Assembly (NCBI RefSeq): GCF_006345805.1
Contig: NC_042998.1
Location: 40,672,001 to 40,736,000 of the forward strand
Length of the DNA: 64,000 nt
Source of the DNA: Octopus sinensis
Lineage: Eukaryota
Direction of reading: 5' to 3'
In this document: in pieces, positions 25,133 through 36,833 of the stretch
Position numbering within the stretch: position 1 is the first letter of the stretch
Layout: the number at the start of each line of letters is the position of its first letter
The notes under the pieces: model-generated
What the model saw: the letters and a program-made list of their open reading frames with translations, nothing else
Told to the model about the DNA's origin: nothing
Database searches by the model: none
Made by a program: the position numbers and the translations under genes

Positions 25133-25531
25133 GGAGTGGCTGTGTGATAAGAAACTTGCTTCCCAACCACATGGTTCCAAGTTCAGTCCCACAGCATGGC
25201 ACCTTGAGCAAGTGTCTTCTACTATTGCCTCAGGCCAATCAAAGCTTTGTGAGAAGATTTGGTAGACAGAAACTGAAAAGGCGGTGAGCTGGTAGAAACA
25301 TTAGCATGCCAGGCAAAATGGTTAGCGGTATTCGTCTACCATTACGTTCTGAGTTCAAATTCCACTGAGGTTGACTTTGCCTTTCATCCTTTCAGGGTTG
25401 ATAAATTAAGCACCAGTTACGCACTGGGGTCTATCTAATCGACTTAAGCCATTTGTCTGTCCTTGTTTGTCCCCTCTATGTTTAGCCCCTTGTGGGCAAT
25501 AAAGAAATAAGAAACTGAAAGAAGCCTATCG

Positions 25532-25571
<40 letters not shown>

Positions 25572-25790
25572 CCTGTGTGTCTGTGTTTGTCCTCCTACCA
25601 TCGCTTGACAACCGATGCTGGTGTGTTTATGTCCATGTAACTTAGTGGTTCAGAAAAAGAGACTGATAGAATAAGTACTAGGTTTACAAAGAATAAGCCC
25701 TAGGATCAATTTGTTCAGCTAAAGGGTGGTACTCCAGCATGGCCACAGTCAAATGACTGAAACAAGTAAAAGAATAAAAGAATAAAAGAA
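25133..25790 (+). mobile_element. Family A SINE with a nested family B SINE
   Basis: Family A spans 25133-25278 and resumes at 25511-25790. Confidence 0.9.
25279..25510 (+). mobile_element. Full-length family B SINE with 10-bp TSD
   Basis: TSD gaaactgaaa at 25269-25278 and 25511-25520; B-box-like gagttcaaattcc. Confidence 0.92.
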
Positions 25791-26479
25791 ACCTAGTAGA
25801 AGAGAACAAATTATTTCTCTGGAGTCAAGAGAAATTATTTATTTACTGATAGTTCTTCTGTGATTCTCAGTAATTCATAGGGCTGACTGAGGTTTATCAA
25901 TATTTTTCATAGCATTATACAAATGAAAAATAAATCTCCTCTGGATAGGATATAGGTCTACCACATATAGCTTTTCCTGTCTACATATCAGCAAAATATC
26001 ACTCATGTTGTCAATTAAAAGCTGAATGATTTTGATTTTTAAGATTGCAAACTATATAGTTTGTGACCAGTGGCTTAGAGAGCACCAAGTGTTGGTAACT
26101 AAATAGGAAATGCTAACTTTCTTACTTGTTTGTATCCTTCTTCATTTAGCCATCTGCCCTTGGTATCTTCAGTGATATGATGATCTTAATGATAATTATA
26201 CCATAATCAAGTCATTAATTTAATTAAACCACAATCCCTCAGTATTAAATCTGTGCCTTTAATCTTTGCTCATTCATTCTATTTCCATAATATCTGCTTT
26301 GATGAACTTGATGGGCACCAGATTCCCTAATTTGAGAAAACAGTAGAATTTTTAGAAATATGTATTTGGCAATCAGGACAGCATATATGTGTGTGTGTAT
26401 ATCATCAGTGGATCATATGTCTAAAAATGAAGCACACTCTAAACATTAGAGCAATAATGTATTTAAAAAATAAATGCAC

Positions 26480-26722
26480 CCTTTTTAAAGCCTAGCCAGG
26501 CTCATGGGCCTGGTTTCCCAGTTTCTATGGCGTATGTGTTCCTCAGCTGGACGGGACACCAGTCCATTGCAGCATTACTCATTTTTGCCAGCTGAGTGTA
26601 CTGGAGCAACATGAAATGAAGTGTTTTGCTCAAGAACACAACACGTCGCCCGGTCCAGGAATCGAAGCCACAATCTTACCATCATGATGCTGACACCCTA
26701 ACCACAAAGCCATGCGCCTCAC
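26480..26722 (-). mobile_element. tRNA-derived SINE (third family)
   Basis: The minus-strand head has B-box-like gattcctggaccggg. The body contains ggacgggacaccagtcc...tgctcaagaacacaac. Confidence 0.75.
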
Positions 26723-26746
26723 CAGTAATGTATTTACAAGAAGTTA

Positions 26747-26945
26747 ATTATATGTCTGATCATAGAGTGACCAATGGTTTGCCATCCATAAAGTGCTTAG
26801 TGGTATAGATGACTTGTCAGGTTCCAATGGCCACGGACATACAAGGGTTAAATGTTCATGGCCATTAGAGTCTGACGAGTTGTCCATAAAACTAAGCACT
26901 TTATAGATGCAAAACTATTGGTCACTCTATGACCAGCCATATAAT
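26747..26945. repeat. Fold-back palindrome (~90-bp arms), MITE-like
   Basis: The left arm tatatgtctgatcatagagtgaccaat...aatggcca pairs with the right arm tggccatt...attggtcactctatgaccagccatata. Confidence 0.9.
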
Positions 26946-27006
26946 CAACTTTCTATAAATATATGTCTGCCATAAGTTTAGTTCATCAGGAGCACACTCA
27001 CACACA

Positions 27007-27063
<57 letters not shown>

Positions 27064-27719
27064 CAGAGGCACAGGTATAGCTTTGTAGATACAAAGTTTG
27101 CTTTGTTATCATATGGGCTCAAGTTCTGTATTATTGTGTGACATCTTGGGCAAGTATCTTCTTATACAGCCTTGGACCAGCAATGCATTGTGAGTGGAAT
27201 TGGTAGGTGGAAGCTGTTTAGAAGTTCATCATATAACATCAACATCACCATTATTTTAACATCCACTTTTCTCTGCTTGTAGAGGTGGGATGGAATTTGC
27301 TAACCTGTAGCAGACTGTCTTTCTGATGAAAAGAAGCAAGCTGAAACTTCGAAGTCACTGTCAACTTTTTACTTGTAAAAGTTTGATAAACACACACACT
27401 CATATATTATATGTACGTATATACATGTGTGCGTGTGTGTGTGTGTGTGTGTTTGTGTGCATGTGTGTGTGTGAATATTTCTAACTTGCACTTTGCACAA
27501 AAATATTGAGCTGAAGATGATATTTTTGACATTACTTGTTAACAAAATCATCTTCCAGTGTTGCACCTTTTTAAGACAAGTGAGAAAAATTTCATTATTT
27601 GAAAAACAGGTAAAGATTAGTGATAGGAAGGGTATCCAGCTATAAAGCAATACCTCAAAAATATTATTCCTCTTATCCAAGCTAGCATGTTAATACTGGC
27701 ATAAACCAAATGAAGGGTG

Positions 27720-27955
27720 TGTGTATATATATGCATGTGTGTGTATATGTATATATATATGTATATATATATGTGTGTGTGTGTGTGTATATATATGTAT
27801 ATGTATATGTATATGTGTGTGTGCGTATATATATATATATATATATATACATATGTATATACATACATACATACATACATACATGCATACATACATACAT
27901 ACATACATACATACATACATTCATACATACATACATACATACATACATACATACA

Positions 27956-27988
<33 letters not shown>

Positions 27989-27995
27989 GTGTGTG
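27720..27995. repeat. Compound (TA)/(TG)/(TACA)n microsatellite
   Basis: Seen directly; it explains the YVCM/HTYI ORFs. Confidence 0.97.
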
Positions 27996-28523
27996 TGTAT
28001 GTGAACATGCGAGAAATATAAGATGAAATTCCAAGTTACATATATTCACAAATGTCTGTGAATTTTAATATTCTAGATGCATGAAGCTGTCAAAATTCTA
28101 GTTTTATTGTACCACTCAGAGTTAGAATATATCATCAGACCTAATCATTATTTTCTTCTTTATATCACGAGCAGAAATGAGATCTTTTGATAAGAGTTGA
28201 TGTAGATGAAATCTAAGCTCGTAAGTGCCAGGTACCATTTGGATTTTGTTGTGATAATTATTTTTGAAATTGGATATATTTCCTGTTTGTCTAACAACAC
28301 AAAGAGGAAAGGATTTCATACACGAGCATGAAGTTGTTAGATTTATTTGTAGTTGAGTAGAATAGCCAAGTTACAATATTTATGCTTTTATGAACGATTT
28401 TGATAATACACATAGCGTTTGAATTTGAAGTTTAAACTATGTAAAGGAAAAATTCTGAGTACTTGAAAGGAACATAAAGACTTATAGTTACAATCTTCTT
28501 AAATTAAAATAGACTTCAAGATA

Positions 28524-28526
<3 letters not shown>

Positions 28527-28560
<34 letters not shown>

Positions 28561-28966
28561 CACACACATCAGATTAGACTGTTGGAAAAGAAAAATTCCT
28601 AACATTGGGCTACAGCAGGTAACCTTAGATGCCAAGAACCCTCCTAAGTATCCTAGCTGTCCCAAATAACACTGCTTTCTGGAGCTGTACTAAACTGGGT
28701 TTTATACTATTTCCTCTATCTTTGGGGATAATTCCTAATGCACCTATAACTACTGGGATACATTTTACCCATACTTTCCATAGTCTCTGTAATTCAATGG
28801 CTAGGTCCTGCTACTTTGCTATTTTTTCTATACCTCTCATATTAATTTTTTTCATCATTTGAGACTGTAAAGTCAATTATCTGGCAATTTCTATTCTCTT
28901 TATCTACTATTATTAAATCAGGTCGTCTAGCTTCTATTACTCTGTCAAATTGAATGTTAAAGTCCT
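28527..28966 (-). mobile_element. R4/Dong-like RLE non-LTR retrotransposon 3' end adjoining (TAA)n
   Basis: The minus strand reads DFNIQFDRVIEARRPDLIIVDKENRNCQIIDFTVS, then after a +1 frameshift EKIAK*QDLAIELQRLWKVWVKCIPVVIGALG...LQKAVLFGTARILRRVLGI*. (ATT)n lies at 28527-28559. Confidence 0.85.
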
Positions 28967-29455
28967 TCTTTAACAGGGACAAATCAATTGGCTAGTGTCA
29001 GAACCAAAATAAAATGTACCTTGTATGTTCTATAAAGTGATAGGCAAATTATCAGAGGCAACATAGGATAAAGAGGACTCTTTAGACTTGCTGGTGACTG
29101 AAAAACCTTTTCAGTATTGGTGCCATGTTAAATGTATACTCTATTAGTCAGTAAAGTGATTGGAAGTAAGTTGAGTATCCAGCTATAGAAATCATGTCAA
29201 CAATGGAATGCACGAGGAAGATGTTGCAGTGTATATGGTAGGGCAACAGCGCCAAATAAGAACTGACAGGACCATGACGACTCATCTAACCAAGGCTGAG
29301 ATGGAAAAGCAGATATAAAATGTTGATGACAATGATGATGACAATGATAATGATGATGGTGATGATGATGACGATGATGACTGTACCACCACTGTCACTG
29401 ATGCCAATGATGAGTCACTGCTGCCAACAATGAGTAAATAAATGCTGCAGTTGAT

Positions 29456-29649
29456 ATGGAGGGATGTCAAAGAGAGTGAGAGAAGTCAAGCAACAGGAGT
29501 AGCAAAGATTATACAGTTGTTGATGAGAGAGGATAAGAAAGAGGGTGACATGGTGAGGTAGTCTGCAGGAACTAGTGAAATGGAGCAGAAGAGATAGGCC
29601 TTGTACATGGGAGGCGGGACAAGTCACTGGAACATAGGTGGAAAGCACA
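29456..29649 (-). repeat. 194-bp segment duplicated at 31792-31985 (retroelement-like)
   Basis: Direct comparison shows 2 mismatches. Confidence 0.9.
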
Positions 29650-32199
29650 ATACATAGCACTTCTAGAACTCAGTTGGTATGGATTAGATGTCTTGACAGG
29701 AATTGGTGAAGCCAGAGGCCACACCAGGTTCCATAGTCTGTTTTGGCTTGATTTCTACAGCTGGATGCCTTTTCTAACATCAACCACTCCACAGAATGTA
29801 CTGGGTGCTTTTTATGTAACACCATTACCAGGGCTTTTTACACAGCACCTACATTGATGTCTTTTATATGGCACCTTGGTTTTAGGACCTCAAGAAACAA
29901 GTAAAAGACTACATATTTAAATAACTGCTAACATTTATTTAAATGCAAGTACAATTATAAATCAGTAATGTACATAGGTTGGATAGTTTGAGTTTGCAGG
30001 AATATTCTGCTTCAGTATACATCATTAAATTTTAAAAGAATATATGTTTATGTTTTATGTTGTTTTTTTATTTATTCATTACATTGGACACCTGGCACAA
30101 ATACTTGTAAAACAGTGTATTTTTTTAAAGGTTCCCAAAATTCAGATGATTGAACAATGTATTATGTATATCAAACAGAAATGTTTTCTAGCCAACATAA
30201 TGTTACAAGAAGGGTTAAATATGCTCAATACAAGCATTAATAATTAGTATTCCTTACATATTTACTGAAGATTACTTCCACCATATTGTTATAAGTATGA
30301 TATATTGTGCAGACCTATTTGAAATATTTCAGTCAATAAGGTAATTTTTTTGCATCAATGAACAAAAGAAAATTTAAATTCAAAACATTAATCACATTTT
30401 GTAAAGACTGATATTTTTTTTTAAATCATTATTTATGTCTGAATATTTCCCAAAGAACTCTTTTATTATATTCTGCATTATTTTGTTCAGAAAGCTTTAC
30501 ATTAATATGCAAAATCTCTGAAATTGTAATGCGTTACAATAGAAAGAAAATAATGAAATAAATTTTTCCTAAAACAATTTTTACTTTCATGTTGAGAGCG
30601 TCAATATGAAATAGATAAATGAATAAAAAATAAAGTTAAGTTCCCCCATTAATATAATTTCTGATCTGATAGTTTAAACTACCATGTCCAAAGCATAGAA
30701 AAACTAATGAAACAAATACCAATAACAAGAATAAAATGAGAGCAAGTAATAACAATTCTCATCAGTTAAATATCTAGAGAAGTTGTAGACCCATACAGAA
30801 AAACTAATAGAGTTGTTGATTTGACCTTCTAAAGTTGACATCAAATGATATGAATAATTTAGAAAATAAAATGTAGAAAAATAGCTTGAAAAAATCTAAT
30901 GTCACAGGCTATTTTTTTATATGATTTTCAAAATTTTCTTTGTTTTCATCTTTATACTACTTACTACACAGTTTCACTTTTAACAAAACTGCAGTTCTAA
31001 TAATTTTCAAATCAGGTTCAGAGCTATAAAGCACAACCTAGTTTTGATGTTTCATTAAAATTATATCACTTCTCTTGTTTTGTTAACTTTTTCTTTAAAA
31101 TATAGTAGTTTGTTACTGCTCAATAAACAAATGATTTTCACATCTCAGATCTTATGAACTGAAACAGTATCAAGTATTACAAGGAGAAAATGTATGATAC
31201 ACACACACGTGCATATGCATGCACACACACACACATCATCATCATCATCATCATCACTATCATTTAATGTTCATGTTCCATGTTTCATAGGTTTGATGGA
31301 TTGATAGGAACCAACAGACCCAAGGACTGCATTGTACTTCAGTATCTGTCTTGGCATGGTTTCTACAGCTGGATGCCCTTCTTAATTTCAACCATTTTAC
31401 AGCATGGACTGCGGTGCTTTTTTATTAAATCTGTACTAATGAGGTCACTGTGCAGTTTCAAAACTGCAAACCCTGGAGAAAGGGCAGTTTTATGCTAGAT
31501 GAGAGGATTGAACTATGAGAAGTGGGGGCAGCATTATAAGTTCTTTTAGGGGGCCTGTATAGCTGTTCACATCTTGTAGGGGAGAGAAAGAGAAAATGAA
31601 TAGTAGGAGTTGTAAGAGATGAATAATAGTGATAAGGTTCCTGGGTGACCCCAAAAGGGACATAGTGTGTTGAAGAATTGGTTTGCAAGATTGTGTGGAA
31701 CAGAGAATGAGGAAATGGGGAGGAATAAGGTATACTACCAAAATGGGTTGGGTAGAAGGGTGGATGAGCAAGGCACTATGAATTGGGGAAGATGGAGGGA
31801 TGTCAAAGAAAGTGAGAGAAGTCAAGCAACAGGAGTAGCAAAGATTATACAGTTGTTGATGAGAGAGGATAAGAAAGAGGGTGACATGGTTAGGTAGTCT
31901 GCAGGAACTAGTGAAATGGAGCAGAAGAGATAGGCCTTGTACATGGGAGGCGGGACAAGTCACTGGAACATAGGTGGAAAGCACAGTTTAGCTGATAAGG
32001 GTGATCTGCTTTCCATGCTGGCATGGGTTGGATGGTTCAGCAGGATCTGGTAAGCTGCAAGTTTGTGCCAAGTTCAAGTGTCAGCTTTGACATGGTTTCT
32101 AAAGCTGGTTAGACCATAGAAACTAAACTACAAGGTGTACAGTGTGCTTTTTAACATGCCACTAACACTAGTGAAGTTACTAAGTTGCAAGATAGGAAA

Positions 32200-33130
32200 A
32201 GAACAAGGAAGAAGGAAAAGAAAAAAAACTCCCACAACTAATTGATGGTGATGGGGGATTTAGAGTGGAGAAAGTGGCTTTATGTCAGGTGTTGAAAGAC
32301 TAAAGTATGATAGGAGAAGCGATGTCTTGCTAATAGAAGAGATACATGTCTACTCCACATTATATAAAGTGGGGTGTTGTTGAGAAGGACATAAAAGAAG
32401 GTAGTGAAGGAGTGCCAAAGCAAACTCTCAATGTACAAGGTGGGTTTGAGAAAGGATACAGTGAGTCATGGGAGGGTAGGGAGAGTGGATACTTTCATAA
32501 GAATTTCAAGGGTGATTAACAGTTGATTGAAGACGAGGGTAGAGGTGAATGTAGTGAGTGATGAACAAGGGTAAAGGTGCAATTGATGGGAAATATCAGT
32601 ATGGAGAAATGTAAAGAAGGAAGAGATAGAAGTGGCTCAAGAAGGAAAGATCAGAAAGTAGGGGGATGATATGTAAGACATAGATGTTTTGAGAAAGGAG
32701 ATGTAGGATACATAAAGATGTGTATAGGGAGCAGATGTGATGGTAGATATGAGAGGGTGCAGAGAAAGGTAGTAGATATGTGAGGTGTTGAAACAGAGAA
32801 TGATTGAGGAGAGAGGTAACTGAAGGCACAGAAAGGAGGTCATTGGAGAAAATAGTGTTGCTGAGTAAGGAATAGTAAGGAATGGAAGTGGTTTTGGTGA
32901 GAAGATAACTGGTAGTGTAAAGAAAAGGAAGAAGAGTAATATGTGCCAATACTGCCCACAAGTTATTACAGCTGCCAAATAGTGTCATGGGTAAAAGAAT
33001 GATGGAGGGATGGGTGTCAGAGAAATGTGATGTAGGGAATACTTGATGGGGCAGAATGGTAACAAGCACAAACAGAATGCTTTGAGGAATCATTTTTCCT
33101 GTGGTGGGCAGGTCTTCTTGAGCATAGCAA
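32200..33130 (-). mobile_element. Decayed retroelement remnant, probably Penelope-like
   Basis: The purine/pyrimidine skew is strong, the minus strand has an IPQSILF motif, and 32935-33130 is homologous to 63410-63600. The family assignment is tentative. Confidence 0.4.
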
Positions 33131-33164
33131 AATATCAAACATCTCAGTCCTTTGTCATCGCCAT

Positions 33165-33545
33165 GATTGAAAAGCAGATTGTACGATACCTGTATATGTA
33201 CATGGCAGTGAAACATGGGCTTTGAAGAAATGAAACTAGCATGCTTCCCTGGATGGGTAATATCAATGTACATGTGCAACAGAGTGTAAATGATTTAAGA
33301 GGAAAACTGGGTATAAGAGACATCAGATGTTGTGTGCAAGAGAGAAGACAGTGTTGGTTTGGTCATGTAATGCATATGGATGAGGAACAGCTGTGTAAAG
33401 AAGTGCCAATCTCTAATTGTGGAAGGTATCGGTGGAAGGGGTAGACCCAGGAAGATCTTCAGATACTAGCCATCACTGAGGAAATGACAAGGAACTGGGA
33501 GATGTGGCAACTTGCTGTACTTGATAAGACATGTCAAGCTAAGTA
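33165..33545 (+). mobile_element. RTE LINE 3' fragment
   Basis: HGSETWAL...LRGKLGIRDIRCCVQERRQCWFGHVMHMDE. Confidence 0.85.
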
Positions 33546-33859
33546 AAATCACTATCTTTCACAAATGCAGGCTTTCCCTTTCAAGTGTCAGTGCCACATG
33601 AAAAGCACCTGTGCTGGTGTTGCATGAATGCACCTGTGCCAATGTTGTATAAACACACCTGTGCCAGTGACATGTAAAAGGCACTCAGCAGACTCTGTTA
33701 AGTGGTTAGCCATAGAAACCATGCCACAACAGACAATTGGAGTCTGGACAGTTCCATGCTAGCTGGATCCATGTCAAACCATCCAACCTATGCCAACATA
33801 GAAAGTTAACGTTAAATGATGATGATGATGCTGAGGTTCAACTTCCTGAGATCAACCTT

Positions 33860-35065
33860 CATTACTTTCTCTTGTGTTTTCCTGGGCTTCCCTTTTCCAG
33901 AAGTTCCACCCATTTTGAGCAACTGGCATCTCTTCATGCAACTGTCCTCATCCACATGCATCATATGTCCAAAGCAGTACAGTCATCTCTCTTGCTCACT
34001 ACATCTGATACCTTTTATGCCTAATTTTTCACTCAGTACCTTAGCACTTTGTTGTACATGCACACCGATATTGCACATCCAAAAGAGCATACTATTTTCA
34101 TTTCTCTCTACACTTCACATGTCCTCTGCATTCAGTGCTCACATTTCCTTGCCATGTAGCATTGCTGTCCATACACAGGCAATCTACCACTCACTCAGAT
34201 AGAGGGAGAGAGAGAGCAAAACCTATCATGGCCAACAGAAGTAATAGCTCTCTAAACCTCTTCCAACCTATTCTTATCCTATCAGCTATACTTTCAGAAC
34301 ATCCTCCCTCACTGCTAATTAGGATTTCTAGGTAAAAGAAACTATTTACTATCTCCTTGGAGCTTCCTGTGCATTCAAGAAAATCAGTTTCCCATGTGCC
34401 CTTAGAGTTTGTTGCTTCTGCACATCTTTCACATACAAAGACTATTTTCTTCATTAGTTTTCCTGTAATTCCAGTGCACCACTTGTGTGGTCTTAGCTTG
34501 CACTGGGTGCATCATATGGAATTCCTGCCCACACCTTTCCAACATTTTGAGTTGAGCCATTGACCTGAAGTAAGTAGAGTCCTGTCTGTTTTCCTGCTTA
34601 CTAGACTTTGGTCTTTGCTAAATTTATTCTAAAGCCTTTTGATTCCTGGTCTTGCTTCCACACCTGAATTTTTTTTCTAATTCTATTACAGATTCTACTC
34701 TGGAACCAAGATCATCAGCATATAGTAGTTTCCAGATACAACTAGTCTTCAATTCCTCTGTTATGTCCTGGAGGATAATGAAGAATATGAAGAGACTGAA
34801 AATTGAACCCTGGTGAACTCCTGTCTACACTCTAAATTCATCACTGAACTCATGGCTAACTTTCACCTTACTGACAGATCCCCTATACATGGTTTGCATG
34901 GTTTTCACAAGCTGTTCATCCCTAGCTTTCTCAGAGATCATCATATCATAGAGCGAGGAACTCTGCCAAAAGTTTTCTCCAAGGCACCAAATGCCAAGTA
35001 CAATGGTTTACTTTAAGCTTAATATTTTTCCTCCAGGTACCTCACTAGGAAGACAGCATCTATAG
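33860..35065 (-). mobile_element. RTE LINE RT region (degenerate)
   Basis: ORF 34191..34454 has FYLEILISSEGGCSESIADRIRIGWKRFRELL; DLEK and GSIFSL remnants lie near 34800-34990. Confidence 0.85.
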
Positions 35066-36787
35066 TACTTCTTACACACACACACACACACATGTATGTA
35101 AGATACAACAAAAAAATTTAATAGTTTTGATATATCATTCATATAACATGAATAATATGACAATGAAAAAAATGAAGCTGATTACAAAAAGGCAGAAATA
35201 AGATTACATGACTTGGTATGTGACATCAGCTGCTACAGTAACTAATGCTAAGTTTTGTCACATCTTAGTATACAAAAATATAAAAATGAGGTTTAAGAAA
35301 AATGAGATTTAAGAAAAAACTTTCCTCGAACCAAAATCTTTCCTAATGTGTACTTTCATAGGTTAGATCAGTGGGTTACAGCTGGACTAGCTGGCTTGAG
35401 TTTGTTTTTTTAAGGGAGCCTGCTCTCTCTTTAGAGACAAAGAAAAGAGATTAGCTTAAAATGAATAGTAAATTCTTAAAAAATTATAATTTTGATATAT
35501 TTAGTAAAACATAGTTATTGGTTTCATATATTCTAAATATGCACATAATGGTGTGCTCTGACTTCTCTTTGCCACTATCTGTCTCTCCCTTTTCAGCTAC
35601 TTACGCCTTATATAATGTATCTCTTCTATGGAAAGCTAACTGTTCTTGTCCCTTTATCATACTTCATCCTCACAGCACCTAGCAGAAAGTTCCTTCCTTT
35701 TCTACTACCAATTTTATCATCATAACTGGAACTGCAAAAGATTACATTGACTAAACAGACACAAGCTATAGTTTTTTTTTTTTTTTTGGCTTTGTTTCTT
35801 TTTTGGGAATGAACACTGAATGGCATAATAACTTAAAAGGATGCTAGAGAAAATGTTCAGGGATGCTTGCTACTTCAAATTTAATAGTAAAGTGCATAAT
35901 AGCATACTTGATGTAGTTAAGCTAAAAGAATTTTAGTTCATTAAAATTACATCCTTTGTGATGAAAATAATCATTATTTAAATTACCAGTTATGATAAAA
36001 AAAAAAAGGTAGGAGAGGTCACCCTGGAATTTTAATTAAATTAAATACGGAATGTACTGGGAAGTGAATTTAGTCTTTAAAAATACAGTGACAGCTGACA
36101 TGTTTTTGTCTTAGATCTTCTCAGTGAAGCATAATCTGTCACAAGACTTAGAATGACTAGAGAGATATAATTCTTCTAGAATCAACTGTGAACTGTATAA
36201 GTTAGAAGAATAAATGGGGCAAAAATTCCCAGAGATGCCTGCTGTATGAAAACTTAATAGTGAAGTGGTTTAGGGAAAATAAATATAATTTGGTTTCCAT
36301 TTTAGAATTATTCAAGTTAAATTTTTTAACAACTAGATAACTGGTTGTTCAAAATATACTTCACATTTTCTATACTTTTTTTTGCTGAAAATTATATATC
36401 CATATCATTTATTTTATAAAATAATGCTCAAGTTTATCTTGTAATAATGTTTTATGTTGTCTGTTTCAATATCCATTGTATACTATTATAACTATAGACC
36501 ATTAAGATAATACAGTCTTTTCAAAACAAGAAAAACTAAATAGACATACATGTTTTATATCAGAGAGAAAGAGATATTCATATATTTAATAGATAGATTA
36601 TCAGAAGTCATTTCACATTAGATACAACAATAGCTTACATAGAATAAACTATTTTATTTGTTACTACTCACCAAAAGATCTTATTACTTTATTTTCTCTG
36701 TACTTCCTCTCTGTCTGAAAAGAAAATAAGAAAGCAAATCCATTTTATATATTAGATATGAAGGTAATGATATTCAGTAATACATAC

Positions 36788-36833
<46 letters not shown>

